64,000 nt of DNA from Octopus bimaculoides (Eukaryota). The DNA lies in the NCBI RefSeq assembly GCF_001194135.2, contig NC_068981.1, positions 119,214,750 to 119,278,749 on the forward strand, given 5' to 3'. Below the pieces are notes generated by a model. That model saw nothing but the letters and a program-made list of their open reading frames with translations. It made no database searches and had not been told where the DNA came from. The position numbers and the translations under genes are program-made. This document shows positions 49,331-63,170 of this stretch, one piece after another (the first letter of the stretch is position 1; each line of letters starts with the position of its first letter).

Positions 49331-51199
49331 TATCTATATTTGAGTCTCTCACTGCTGTCATGCATACAGTAAGTCTCTGTTGCTCTCCCTTTTTTCTCAT
49401 TTTATCTATGACACAACCCCTCTCCTATCAATGTTCTTCTATTGCTTTATTACTTTATCTCTCTTCTATCATACCACCTGTATAATGAGGGATAGTATTC
49501 CACAGATATGTATTCAGTCCCTACCTTACCACCATTTTTTTTTTTGCTAGCCATCTTTTTACCACTCTTGTTAAGTAGAACCTGTAACCCCTTCCTATTG
49601 AGGCAACACAGAAGTTCATGATTCAGAACTAACTACTTCTATTGGTCTGGAGAAGGCCTTTGCCAGGGTTCCCTGCCTACAGTCAAGTGGTTATTAACAA
49701 AACTAGGCATAGAAAAATGGCTTGAGAGCATTTTGCAAACTGTGTACAGAGGTACAGAGTACTCATGTTATCCATAGCCCTCATTGCTATCCATCAATCC
49801 CTCACTTTATTTCCTCCTCTATCATTCCTTGATGACATCCATCACTCTCCCTCTTATTTCTCTGTTTTCATTCACATTGTTCTTTATGATGTTTCTTATT
49901 CAATCTCATAACCAACATTCATCATGTAAACTCTCTCTAATTAATCTTTACTCTTTCATTACTCTTTTTCTTACTACTCTTTTGGTTTGGTTCTCTTTTA
50001 TTTTCTCCCCTTTCTATTTGCTGGGAATAAGACAACCCCCTGGTACTGATAATAAATGATGGGAGAGAGAGAGAGAACTCTAAAAGTCTATACAGTATAG
50101 ATATGGTCAAACATGTTTCATTCAGAATGATTACACAATTTTGTGTATATGCAAGCATTTAAAGTTCAGTGTCCCCCCCCCTATATATATGTATTTATTT
50201 CCTTGAGAGATTTACAAATGAATTTAGCTCATTTTGGAACATCTCAACCTACCATTATATTGTGAGAAAGAAGAATGTGAGATTGCTGAATGTTAAACAA
50301 GAGAAGGTAAAATTAGACATTTGAAGTGTCTAATTTTGTACACAGGTTTTCTTCGATGTAATATGAGGAGTTATGAATAAGAAATGAATAGAGTGGAATC
50401 AAAGACAGAAGGAAAAGGGAAAAGAAGAGTGGGATGAAAGAAAGAGATAGATGGTGTATAAAAGAAAAAAGGGAAAGGGAATAGAATAAATCATGAAGTG
50501 AGAGAAAAACTGGTTGAATGAAAAGAAACTCGCTACTGACTGACATGGCATAAACACAACAAGCAACTGGGTAATTTATTCCTCCAAGAGACAGGTGTGG
50601 CTGGTATTTAAAACAAAGCTTTGTTGAATAATAATAGCATGGGTAAAAATGTGTTCATAGTTTGGGAGAGAGAAAAGTTAGTTTAAGGATAGAAATTTAA
50701 AATATTGTTTAAAATGAGAGAGAAATGAAAAACAAACCACCATAATGACTTGACTTAGCTCCATATTTGTCAGCAAAAGTTGGTTGGAATGAGTCATCTG
50801 GTACTTATATTCCTGTTATCATTTCTATAGTTTTCAACATTTTGTATAATATATATTTTTTTTGTTAAATTAGAAATTTATGATTCATAAGTATCATAAG
50901 TGCCCTGGCTCAAGCCATTAGATTTATAGAAAAAGAGAAAGGTGTTTGTGTGACATGTATACTGTTCTACACTGACTGACTATTATTACAGCCCATTGAT
51001 ATGAAAATAGTTTAGTTTTTAGGTAAACATTTTCATTTTTAGATTATTCAGTTGAAGGTGTTATTGAGTTTAAGATGTTATTGCGATTTCAAGAATATTT
51101 AGTTTTTTTCTTGTGTTTTTTCTTTTTACATGTGGATCTGAGGAAGGGGCAATGGTCTTAGGTTCTCCAAAATGGGTGAGAATAATGTTGTTAATGTTA

Positions 51200-51850
51200 C
51201 ACCTGTAGGAAAGATATGAGTAGGGAGGAGAATCCAGAGGGCTTAGGTATCGAACAGAAAAGACTAGGCACAGTGGATGGTGTGGGACCAGTGGGTGGGG
51301 ATGAGGCACAACAAGACTTGATGAGAGAAGAGTGGGCCAAAAGCACAATGCCAGCCAATTCCCAGGATCAGAGACCATTATAATAGTGATGGAAAAAAAC
51401 ATAGGGAGGAGACAGCACACTTATGGAGGATGCGTGTAATTTTAAGCCAAACTAACAAGTGGCTTTTCTCTAGCTGTGATCTAAGCTGTCTATGCATGAG
51501 TGGCAATAGCACCATCCTGGCTCTATTGGGCAGCAGCACTGTCCCAAATGTTTTCCATTTTCATTTTCTTTACTAGGTAGAGTGGTGGCTAGCAGAATTG
51601 TTAGAGCTGCTGAGAAAATAGTTTGTGGTAGTTAGTTGTCTGAGGTCCAGTTTGCTTTTTAACTTTCTGGGGTGTATAGGGTAGCAGTTACTAATACTTT
51701 CATCAATGCAATACCTGACGTTTTTTTTAACATTTGAAATATCATACAGGTAAATGTTAAGTAATAATGAGGTTGGTCAGTATTTAGGTGGGTATTATTG
51801 GGAAAAATGTTGTTATAGGCTGAGGACACAAGATGATGGTGCATTTATCT
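51200..51850 (-). mobile_element. Degenerate CR1-like LINE fragment
   Basis: Pyrimidine/His-rich minus-strand remnants similar in style to 30490-30830 and about 28640-28990; weak. Confidence 0.35.
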
Positions 51851-52957
51851 GCAGCAGCTATGTAAATGTCTTCTACATAGATATTTGTTGATTTAACTAT
51901 TACAAGGCTAATTCTTGTAAGGGTATCATGTAATTTGATTGAATAGTATCAGTGTATTACTCTAACTGCCATAAAAAAAAAGAAAGTGTTTCCAATTCAG
52001 AGGAACTAAGTAAATGCAACAAGTTATTTAGTCGATATTCTACTGTATCTACCGTCTTGTGACATTGTTCATTGACTGTAATAATATGTATAAAAGTTAT
52101 CTAATTTTGTTTTGTTTGCATACAATGATAATGTAAACTAAAATGAATTACAATAATTACAGTAAGCTCAATTCAATGATTACAATAATCATTGGTTTAT
52201 TTGCCATGCTTTTTCTCAAAGGAATAATGTGTATCAATTAAGGCAACAAATTTTTCCTTCATTTTAGAACATCCTAAATAATACCATTAAATGAGCTACT
52301 GTTGTTTTTAGTTCCAGATCAGTCCTGGTTATGCAGACCTATGATTAAAGCCACTTTAGCTTTAACTGTCCCATCTGTTCTGAGACACAATATATCTAGG
52401 ATTATGTTATCCAATGGGTTGTTTTTGTTTTTAAAAATAAAGACAAGGTTGTGATTTGTGGAAGATTCAGCTGCTATTTCTAGCAGATTGAGTGATTGCA
52501 TGGAGCTTTCCTTGTTGGTTTGATATTATTATTTAGAAACAATATCTAAACTTTAACCTTTGGAGTACACTAATTAATGGGTTCTCCTAGGCATGTTGTT
52601 CATGTCTAGGAGAACCCAATATATCTAGAACTACATCCCCTTCTTTATGCATGAACCTGATATGACACAAACTGCACAGATTGATGCAACACAATTAGAT
52701 GCACAATATCCTACTCATAACAGACAGTTGCAGGATGAGTTGAAATGATTGTTGTACTGAATAAATACTAGTGCTAAATCTATCTTCCATTTCCTTCATA
52801 AGTTGTTATTATCTCAACTAACACTGTGGAATTCCTGACATAGATCCAGGGGGAACATGTCCCAACTGTGGATGACACCAAGTAGCCCAATCTGTGAATG
52901 TGCTTTACCCAACACACTAATTGACATATACTCATTGATCCAAAAAATTACACACAT

Positions 52958-52958
<1 letters not shown>

Positions 52959-53008
<50 letters not shown>
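52959..53008. repeat. (CA)n microsatellite about 260 bp upstream of Miro exon 2
   Basis: About 25 uninterrupted CA units. Confidence 0.95.
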
Positions 53009-53011
<3 letters not shown>

Positions 53012-53264
53012 CTACTTTTGTAAGAAGAGTGGTGACTCTGACTAAGGTTAGCAGGCTGAATTTTTGTAGTCACTGTCACCAATTTTCTTGTAAAAGTATA
53101 ATAAATATATACTCTACAAAAAGTATTGTGTTTTTCAGTTTAATGTAAAAAATTTTTTTATTATAACTCAACATAAAAACAAATGATAATTTAAATATAC
53201 AATGTATATACGTCTGTTATATAATGAATATGTGTCTTAACTAATATCTTCTTTATTTTTGCAG

Positions 53265-53323
53265 TTTCTGTGGGAAAGACATCTCTAATTCTTTCCCTAG
53301 TTAGTGAAGAGTTTCCAGAAGAG
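53265..53323 (+). CDS. RHOT1: Miro coding exon 2 (59 nt)
   Basis: Acceptor TTTTTGCAG; (L)SVGKTSLILSLVSEEFPEE; donor GTTAGT. Confidence 0.95.
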
Positions 53324-55009
53324 GTTAGTCTGTTATAATTTTCTTATTTCATATTTTCTTTTTTGCATTGCCAAGTAAGTAGTGAATCCTTAAACTGCTC
53401 AACCTCCACATGTGAAGAGATTTAAGAGTAATTGAAAATCTTTAACCACTACTAAAAACTGAAGGTGAACAAAATTAAGAATGCAGTAGAAATTTTAGTT
53501 ACGATACTATTTTCTTTGACATCCATCTGTCTCAAGAGACAATGTAGTTTTGCACTTCTGGCCTGTCAATGACCACTCTAGTGTACAAGTCTAAGTTGGG
53601 TGTATGGAGATCCAGGATTGATCAGATCCAGGCTGTTTCTTTTGGTTTCATTAGTGTGGTCCAGAGGAGTGTAGGGGAGTAAATTTGGCTCTGGAGTTCT
53701 GGAACAGTGTCAAATTGAATGTCAATCTGCCTTAAGAGTTCTATTAAAAAGATTTATAAGGTTTGCTCCATAGCATTTTCTCTCAAACCAAAGCATTTGT
53801 TTACCCATTAGCCAGGGTTCTGTAACCCTTGACTAGGCCCTATACCAGGTGCTGTCAGCTGAAGGTGGGACTCATGTCAGACAGGGTGATCATGTTCTGA
53901 AGTAGTGACTGAAGTTACTACTTACTATCCTTAGGTTAATAGCTATGCTAATTAAACATTTTATTGCTATTAACTAATAGCTTCATTAAAGACAAAGAAC
54001 TAATTAACTCTAAGTAGGTGCAATATGGCTATGTGGTTAAAAAGTTTGCTTCCCAACCATGTTTTGAGTTCAGTTCCACTGCACATCATCTTGGGTAAGT
54101 GCCTTCTACTGTCACCTTGGGCTGCCCAAAGCTGTGTGCATGGATTTGATAGACAGAATCTGAAAGAAGTCTGTTGTGTGTGAGTGCATTGTAAGTGTGG
54201 GTGAATATTGTGTTTGTGTTTCTTTATTTTAATATTGCGCGAGAGTTGTAAACGGGTGTCATTGTCATACAAACTTTATCATTTGTTTTTAATCTTCTGT
54301 GAAAGGGGAAATATCACCTTGCTCAGAAACAGGTGAAAGTTAGCAACAGGAAGGATATCTGGCTATAGAAAATTGCCTCACTAAATTCTGTCTAACTCAT
54401 GCAAGCATGGAAAACTGGATGTTAAAGTGCTGTAAAATGATGATGGTGAAACTATGATATTTTGCAGTATAATGTTTTCTCAACAGTATGTGATGTTTTT
54501 ATTCTTGTTTGACAATACTATGAAAGGGAATCATCTAATCATCTTATATATATGAGAAAAATTATTTCCACTGTTTAATTTTGAATGACTTAAAAGTATA
54601 AAACAAATTTTGAATAATTTTTTTCAATCACATCACATATTTTACAAGTTTCCTCAGAGATGAGAAAAGAGACAATTTTGTCAATGCCTTTCTAAGTGGT
54701 TGAATCCAAGAAATAAAGGTTCAGCTAACAACAAGAGTATATTCAGTTTTCTATCTAAATATATTATTGAATCTTCTTCAACCAAGTAGATATGATACCA
54801 TAATTAATGGGAAGAATTAAATTAAAGAGTATAACCTTTAAAAGAAAATCATAATTTAACAAATGATTATATTAAAAAAAATACTCTGTATGATTATATT
54901 TAAAAATGCCCTACATTTAAAATGACTGTATTTAAAAATGTCCTCTTCACGTAAACAAATGTTTTGTATTGGAAATTTATCATTATTATAAGTAATTATA
55001 AGTTATTAA

Positions 55010-55228
55010 CCCTTTTGTTACCATATTTCTGTTGAAATATGCTGCCCTTGTTTCAATTAATTTTGGAAATAATTAAGGATTTAATAAAATAACTGTCTTT
55101 ATTAAGCAGATGTTTGAAACATAGATTAACATAAAATTATGATGGAAGGTTTTAATTTAGATCTCTTTAAAACTGGGAATTTGTATCATTGAACCAATGG
55201 CAGTTTCAGGTGGTTGGTATGAAAAGGG
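55010..55228 (+). mobile_element. piggyBac-type MITE with TTAA TSDs
   Basis: TTAA (55006-09) CCCTTTTGTTACC ... GGTATGAAAAGGG TTAA (55229-32). Confidence 0.85.
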
Positions 55229-55764
55229 TTAAAAACTGCATCCATATATTTATGTCAGAAGGGTGTGTTATATCTGGATTGCACCTAGTTATCCATTTAA
55301 CTGCCTTTGTGCCATAATTCTATTCAACCAGAGATGCAGTTAAACAACAACAAAACTGCCCATCTTCTCCATGTCATTAATCATAAGGTAAAATCCAGAA
55401 TCAGAGGAATCCAGTATGGTTATGTATCAACAAAAAGTAATCCAAAAGAAATTGTAGTTTATTAAAAATAAGCTTAATTGCCATGTGGAAAGGAAACTAC
55501 TGACATTTCAGGCTCAGGCTCTTTCTCCAGTAAAAAAGGAGAGATTGATACATGGAATGTTATTACAATATTTCGCAAAAAAATGATTGGCATCATAACC
55601 TTAAGGGACAGCTGTAGTTGTTATCACTGTATGATTATGATTATAGATACTAAAAATAATTGTTTATTAACAATAATTGTTTTAAAACATTAAGGTGTGG
55701 GCTTAGTGGTGTGGTTGAGAAGTTTGCTTCTTCACCATATAATTTTAGGTTCAGTCCCATTAGC

Positions 55765-56222
55765 GCCGCTTGACTGGCATCCATGCTAGTGGAGCACTAA
55801 GAGCACCATCCGAGCGTGATCATTGCCAGGGCCGCTGATTGGCTCCTGTGCCAGTGGCATGTAAAAAGCACCATTTGAGCGTGGTCATTACCAGCATCGC
55901 CTTACTGGCATGTGGAAGACAACATTCGAGCAAGGTCGTTGCCAGTGTCGCTGGACTGGCTCCTGTGCATGTGGCACATAAAAAACACCATTTGAGCGTG
56001 GCCGTTGCCAGTACCACCTGACTGGCTCTCGTGCTAGTGGCACGTAAAACCACCCACTACACTCTCGGAGTGGTTGGTGTTAGGAAGGGCATCCAGCTGT
56101 AGAAACTCTGCCAGATCAGATTGGAGCCTGGTGCAGCCATCTGGCTCGCCAGTCCTCAGTCAAATCGTCTACCCATGCCAGCATGGAAAGCAGACATTAA
56201 ACGATGATGATGATGATGATGT
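55765..56222 (+). repeat. RTE-type 3' tail with about five 50-66-nt tandem units
   Basis: Units start CCAG and carry ACTGG, GTGGCA, AAAAGCACC and GAGCGTG blocks; ends in (GAT)n. Confidence 0.85.
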
Positions 56223-56572
56223 CCAAAGCTGATCAAAGCCTTGTGAATGAATTTGGTAAATGTAAATTGAAAGAAGATCATTGTGTAATGGATGTAAAAA
56301 CAAATGAACAAAAGAAAAATGTTCATTTCATATCATGTTTCATTGCTAACTCCTATAAAGAATCTTTTTATCAAGTATTCATAAATAATATCTAATTTGA
56401 TTACTTAAATCAGTTTCCATGTTGTATATTGTTTGAAGTTTTCTCGTCCGCTTTTGATTCTTTTCATGTTTATGTTTATTTCTAAAAACAATTGATTTAG
56501 GGGAAAAAATACTTCCTTTTATTTTCTACTTGGGTTGAGATTTGTTGACTAGTTCTTGGAATTTTTCTGTAG

Positions 56573-56677
<105 letters not shown>

Positions 56678-57117
56678 TAACTTCCATAAGAATGTCCTTT
56701 GACCATATACATTTTTTTGTTTCCTAATAGTCTTAGAATTTCTTTTTTAAAGTATGTAACACCTGTACTTTAGAAATTCATTTTTTGGTCATTTATCTTT
56801 GATTGGATGGTTGGTGTTATTGATGACCAGATGTAGTAACCAAATTGTACTATTGTGCTGCAGATTAATCTAATTCATACCACCTTGGAAAAATGAATAT
56901 TTAATATTGAGGATTTTTAATAAAATTATCAAAATAAAATAAAGTGCCTTTTTAGCTGGTTCAATTATAATTGAAGCATTTTTGGTTACATTTCATTTCC
57001 TGTCAGAATATTGCATAAAATACTTTCAATCCTCTTCAAAACTACATAGCATTGCTTTTTAATACTTTTCTTTTCTATATATTCTTGTACAGCAAGGAAA
57101 ATGTTAAAGGTCATTAA

Positions 57118-57333
57118 CCTTTTAGCATTTAATCTGGCCACATCTGCCCAAATATTCTACTTGTTTTATATTAAAATGGACCAGATCCAACCTCTCACAC
57201 CCATCCTACAATGTCTTTCTAAAATTATGCAAACACACCATTAAAATCTTGAAGCCACAAGCTGCATGATTAATTCAAAACAATATGAATAAATAAGCAT
57301 TACATTTGATAGAGAAATCTGAATTCTAAAGGG
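57118..57333 (+). mobile_element. piggyBac-type MITE (family of 48418-48862)
   Basis: TTAA flanks at 57114-17 and 57334-37; ends CCTTTTAGCATT and TTCTAAAGGG. Confidence 0.8.
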
Positions 57334-57889
57334 TTAAGGATAAACCAGACAGTTTAACGCAATAGTTTAGTTTTCTCTCCATTATTAATTAATATCCACT
57401 GCACCTAAATCTTCTGTATATTGTTAATAAATATGTAAGAAGGTGAAGATTGAAACCACAAGCTGAAGAGTGGTAGTTAATTCGTTATACTATCAGACTC
57501 ATGATTGAACTCAATTAGAATTTACAAGAACTCCCATTAGAATTTTCATTTTTGTCTTTGATTTGTATTTGATGTCCTCCCCCACAATCTAGTATATATC
57601 AAGTTTTTTCAGTCGTACTTCCTCTGAGCTGCCTAAGTCCAGCTTTGTTAAGGTGTGGTGAAACCACAAAGTAAATTTATGCAATCTGCTTGGAGTACTT
57701 TTTCATTACTTACATGCATGAAATACATGCTTGCTGTATTGAATCTTATTAATGATAGAGTGATTGAAATTAGAAGAATCAAGCTATAAGATAACAAATG
57801 TTTGAAGAACCAATTGTCTCCTCAAAGCCTTATTTTGCAGATATGCATTACCCTAATGAATATTTCTTCTTTCTAGTTATTAAAAAAAA

Positions 57890-58027
57890 GTACAACAGGT
57901 TCCAGGTTCAGTCTCATTGCAGGACACCTTGGACAAATGTCGTCTACTATAACCTTGAGCCGAGTAAAATCTTGTGAGTGGATTTGGTAGATGGAAATTG
58001 AAAGAAATCAATGTGTGTATGTGTGTG

Positions 58028-58062
<35 letters not shown>

Positions 58063-58285
58063 CTAGCTAGCTCTGTGTGTGTGTCTTTGTGTCTGTGTTT
58101 GTCCTCCACCATTACTTCTTGTCAGCTGCTGTTGATGTGTTTACATCTCTGTAACTTAGTGGCTTGGTAAAAGAGACCGATAGAATAAGTACCAGGTTTA
58201 AAAAAAAGAAGTCCTGGGGTCATTTAATTGACTAAATTACTTCAAGGTGATACCCCAGTATGGCTGCAGTCTGAAACAAGTAAAA
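57890..58285 (+). mobile_element. SINE, same family as 11760-12330
   Basis: Head, (TA)n core and tail. Confidence 0.8.
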
Positions 58286-58481
58286 GATTAACATAGAAAT
58301 ACATTAACTATAATGTAGCATTAATTATACTCTAGAATTGCATTATTGTCATCATGACCATACTAGCTTGAATTGGAAAGGATAGAAATATAAATAAATT
58401 TCAAATATTACTATTCTATTGTCTCCATGTGTCTATATACAGCTTTGTTCCATCATTTTAATTCTGATTTTACTTTTGCAG

Positions 58482-58525
58482 CTCAAGAACAAGATGAAAA
58501 TGCTCTATGTAATGAAATACAAAAG
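58482..58525 (+). CDS. RHOT1: Miro coding exon 4 (44 nt)
   Basis: Acceptor TACTTTTGCAG; (A)QEQDENALCNEIQK; donor GTATT. Aligns with human EAEQSDEQLHQEISQ. Confidence 0.9.
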
Positions 58526-58769
58526 GTATTATCATTTATTCATTTTTCTTTCTTTTTTCAGCCTTAAATTATTATGAAAGTAAAAGTTAATAGAATCATT
58601 GTACCACAGCATTCAGTAAATACACCACATAAATATTGTATTGAAAATATGTATGCACACACACACCTGGGCATAAAATCCTAGACCAAATATGTTTTCA
58701 TCCAAGCCATACCAGCACGGAAAAACAAACATTAAAAGAACAAATGCAGAGAGAGAGAGAGAGAGAGTT

Positions 58770-59490
58770 AGTTAGTTGAAAAGTTCATAGGCTGACTAAG
58801 ATTCTCTCATGGAATGCAACCAGATGAGGTTATTTTTCAACATAATTGCCCTTGCTGTCCTCTCACTTCTTCCATCGGTGTTGGATCCCATTGATGAAGA
58901 ATCTTTCATCCTGTTCATCAAAAAAGTCAAAAACAGCAGATACAGGTTCCCAGCCAAGTGTTGTCTCATGTTGGAGAAGCATATGATAGTCAAATAGGGC
59001 CAAATCAGGAGATTAGGGAGGGTAATCAACCAGACATGCATAGCAGCCACTGAAAGCAAGGACTTGTGTGCTGGACCAGTGTCCAGATGAAACAAGACCC
59101 TATTTGTCAGTTTTCCTGGACATTTGGTCTTGATAGCCTTTCGTAACTGCCTCAGCAAGTTAGCATTATACACTCCATTGATGCAGTAGCCTTTTTGAAG
59201 ATCTTCAATAAACACAATGCTTTTAGCATCCTCAAAACTGAGGCCATCACCTTCCTTGAGGATGAGATGACATTGGTCTTCTTTGGAGCAGGTGAGGGGG
59301 AATGTTTCCACTGCTTGGATTGTCTCTGTTTTTGATTCAAAGTAATGAACCTAACACTGATCCTGGGTTAGGAAGCGTTCAAGGAAACCAGATGATCTGT
59401 CCCAAACAATGTCAAATTTTCCTGTGATGTGATCAGCCTGTTGTGGTTTTGATCATGTGTCAGAAACCTTTGTTATGCCAAATTCATTGT
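58770..59490 (-). mobile_element. mariner transposase remnant
   Basis: SSRKVMASV, SIVFIEDLQKGYCINGVYNANLLRQLRKAIKTKCPGKLTNRVLFHLDTGPAHKS. Confidence 0.8.
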
Positions 59491-60861
59491 GCAGAATATT
59501 CTCAACTGTCTCACGGGATATGCTTATGGCATTGACTATTGGATTCATGATCAACTGCCTGTCATCTGGGAGCTCCTCTATGCTGATGACCTTGCTCTAA
59601 TAGCTGAGTCACTATCAGAACTAGAGGAGAAGTTTCAGGTGTGGAAGCAAGGTCTAGAATCAAAGGGCCTCAGAGTCAACCTAACAAAAACCAGTTGCAG
59701 GACATCCAGACCTTGGGTCATTTTCAGTATTCTCCCTTCTCTTCCTAAATACTGCTGCCCACTTTTGCACAGTGGATGAAGCTTGAGTGTCATCCCCTAT
59801 TGTAACAATCATGTTAGCATGAATGTCCCTGGAGGCTAAAGCTCTTTTCTGAAGGTACTTGATAACACCTCACTGCCAGATTTTGTCCATTTTTCAAGTG
59901 AAGACTAGTTTTGAAGTTTTCTTTGATGTTAGTTTACTTGGAAACAAACAAAGCTGTTATTAATAAGAAGAGTTGAAATGAATGTATGCAAGATTTCATA
60001 GTTCTTGCATCACACCTTCACAATCAGCCTATGGTGTGTGCATGTCTGTATAAAGGCACAGGCAAGACTGTGTGGTTAAGAAGTTCTCTTTGCAACCATT
60101 TGGTTTCAAGTTCAGTCCCACTGTGCAGTACCTGCCTATAATCTACTATAGCTCCAGGCTAACCAATGCCTTGTGAGTTAATATGGTTGAGGGAAGCTAT
60201 AGTAAATCTGTTGTATATTTAGGTGCGTGTGTGAATGTTGACACTCTATAGCTTTCCTTCAGCAAAATGGTGAATGAGGTTTAAATTCTTTGTTGACGTA
60301 ACTCATCATTCTGCACTTTCTATGACCTGTGAAATAAAAAGAATCTCTTACTTGGAAAATGGCATCTGGGTATAAAATCCTACATCAAATAAGTTTTCAT
60401 CCAAGCCATACCAGTATGGCAAAACAAACATTAAAAGAACAATTGAACAAATCTAAACACATCCCTTAATATGGATTAAACACACTGTAACTAGCATATA
60501 CACCCTCAAACAAGTTATACTATTTTATAATTATAATTGTTTACTAAATCCAACATTTGAGTTAGTGGCATTATGAAAGGCATCTGTGTAGATACAAAAA
60601 CATGTCTTCAATAACTGAAAATTTCTTAAATGACAGAAATATCAAACATCATGGACATTCTTCTAATAGTTTAGAATTTGGTAGGAGGTAGGGGGCACCA
60701 TGACAGTTACTTTTTAGAAATAACTTGTCAGCTTTTGCATTCCTTTGTTGAGTAATCTCATTTCCATCATTGATGTTTCTGAATAAAATATGGTTGTCAC
60801 AAGCTCCTAACTCGTGTGACTTCTCAAAATCTGAAACTTCTAGAAATTACAGTTTATGATT

Positions 60862-62590
60862 CAGCTATCCGAATTGACAGTACCTTGGTAGATAAAGCAA
60901 TTAAGAGTATGAAGACAGGGAAAACCCCTGGCCCATCAGGAATCACTGCAGAGATGCTTAAAATACCTGGCGGTGTCAGCTATAGTCTAATCACCCATAT
61001 AGTCAATCAGGTGATACATGAAGGAGTCATACCCAATGACTGGTGTAGTAGCACCGTAGTCAACTACTACAAAGGTAAAAGTGATGCATTAAATACAAAT
61101 AATTACAGAGGTATCAAGTTATTGGATCAGGTATTGAAAGTCATGGAGAGGGTTATAGCCCAACTAATTAGGGAGAGAGTTAGTTTAGATGAGATGCAGT
61201 TTGGGTTTGTGCCAAGGAAAAGCACCAGTGATGCTATATTTCTGGTAAGACAGCTGCAGATGAAATACCTAGCCAAAGATAAATCTCTGTACCTAGCTTT
61301 CATTGACATGGAGAAAGCCTTTGACAGGGTCCCCCTATCCCTTATCTGATGGTCAATGAGGAAACTAGAAATAAATGAATGGTTAGTGAGAGCTGTACAA
61401 GCCATGTACAGGGATGCTATCAGTAAGGTGAGAGTTGGCAACAAGAACAATGAAGAATTTCGGGTAGGGGTCCACCTAGGATCAGTCCTCTTCCCCCTCT
61501 TATTCATCATAGTCCTCCAGGCAATAACAGAAGAATTCAAGACAGGATGCCCCTTGGAGCTTCTCTATGCTGATGACCTTGCTCTAATAGCTGAGTCAAT
61601 ATCAGAACTAGAGGAGAACCTTTAGGTGTGGAAGCAAGGTCTAGAATCAAAGGGCCTCAAAGTCAACCTACCAAAAACCAAATTCTTAATAAGTAGGAAG
61701 GCAGACAAACCACAAATCCCTGCAGGTAGATGGCCCTGCTTGATTTGTAGAAAAGGTGTAGGAAGAAACTCCATAAGATGTACCCAGTGTAAACTAAAGA
61801 TACATAAGAGGTGCAGCAATATCAAAGGAAGGCTAACTGGGAAGATTGTTTTTGTGTGTGGCAAATGCTCAGGAGCAATAAACACTGAAAATGTGCACAA
61901 AACAGCTTCCGTCACATTCCAGGGGTAAAAACTAGAAGTAGTTGATAGCTTCCGTTACCTAGGTGACCAAGTCAGTAGCTGGGGTGGATCCTCTGAGAGT
62001 GTAACTGCTAGAATAAGAATAGCCTGAGCAAATTTCAGAGACAATGACAAATGACCGAGACCTCTGCAGATGTGCTGTGCCTGAGAAGACTCGGCAAGCC
62101 AAGTGAGACCATAACCATGGCCTATGCCAGTGCAACATAAGCAGCCCATTTAAGAGTACCCTTCAATCATTAGGCAATAAACCGTGCTTGTGAAGACCTG
62201 TTGAGGCAAGTGAAATTGATGTCATGGCTGATGACAGTACCACCTGATTGGCACCAGTGCAAGTGGTATGTTTAAAAGTACCATTCGAGTGTGATCGTTG
62301 CCAGTGCTGCCTGACTGGCCCTCATGCCAGTGGCATGTAAAATGCACCATTCAAGCATGGTTGATGACAGTACCACCTGACTGGCCCTCATACTAGCGAC
62401 ACATAAAAAGCACCCACTACACTCTGGGAGTGGTTGGCGTTAGGAAGGGCATCTAGCTGTAGAAACTTTGCCAGATCAGATTGGAGCCTGGTACAGCCTT
62501 CTGGTTTGCCAGTCTCCAGTCAAACCATCCAACCCATGCCAGCATGGAAAGCAGACGTTAAATGACAATGATGATGATGATGATGATGAG
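60862..62590 (+). mobile_element. Longest RTE LINE copy: RT domain, Zn-finger-like segment, internal deletion and 3' tail
   Basis: NYRGIKLL, QFGFVPRKSTSDAIF, FIDMEKAFDRVP, GVHLGSVL, ELLYADD; in-frame stops; (GAT)n end. Confidence 0.9.
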
Positions 62591-62739
62591 ATCATGCAGC
62601 ACATGTGCACACCCTTCAGAAAGACTGTGGGTCCTTACTACTAGTGTCCTTACGGATCAGTCATTTTCAAGTGGAGCATTCTGACACTCTGGAGTATTGT
62701 AGCGAGTTCTTGCAAGAATTTTTACATACAACATTTATA

Positions 62740-63170
62740 TTGGTTTCAAATTTTGGCACCAAAGCCAGCAATTTCATGGGATGAAGTAAATCGATTGCAT
62801 TGACCCCAGTATTCAACTAGTACTTATTTTATTGACTCCAAAAGGATGAAAGGCAATGTTTACCTTGGTGGAATTTGAACTCAGAATGTGAAGACAGATA
62901 AAATGCTGCTAAGCATTTTGCTTGTCATGCTAACGATTCTGCTAGCTCATCACCTTGCATATAACATTAATATTGGCTTCAAATGTTGGCACAAGGCCAG
63001 CAATTTTGTGGGACAGGATAAGTTGATTATATCAACCCCAGTGCTCAACTGGTACTTATTATATTGACATGAAAGGCAAAGTCGACCTTTGTGGAATTTG
63101 AACTCTTTATGTTAAGATGGACTAAGCATTTTACTTAGCATGCTAATGATTCTGCCATCTTGACACCTTA
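62740..63170 (-). mobile_element. Two tandem copies of the second SINE family
   Basis: Similar to 16900-17360, but with CpG decayed to TpG/CpA. Confidence 0.75.

Noticed and set aside
55496-55535. Second, minus-strand hammerhead-like motif (CTGGAGA..GAAATGTC)
   Set aside because: The core is mutated, the stem III palindrome is lost and stem I does not pair; at best a dead Penelope-type relic.
55765-56040. CRISPR-like periodic array
   Set aside because: The whole unit is repeated with no unique spacers, there are no cas genes, the context is eukaryotic, and it is part of an RTE tail.
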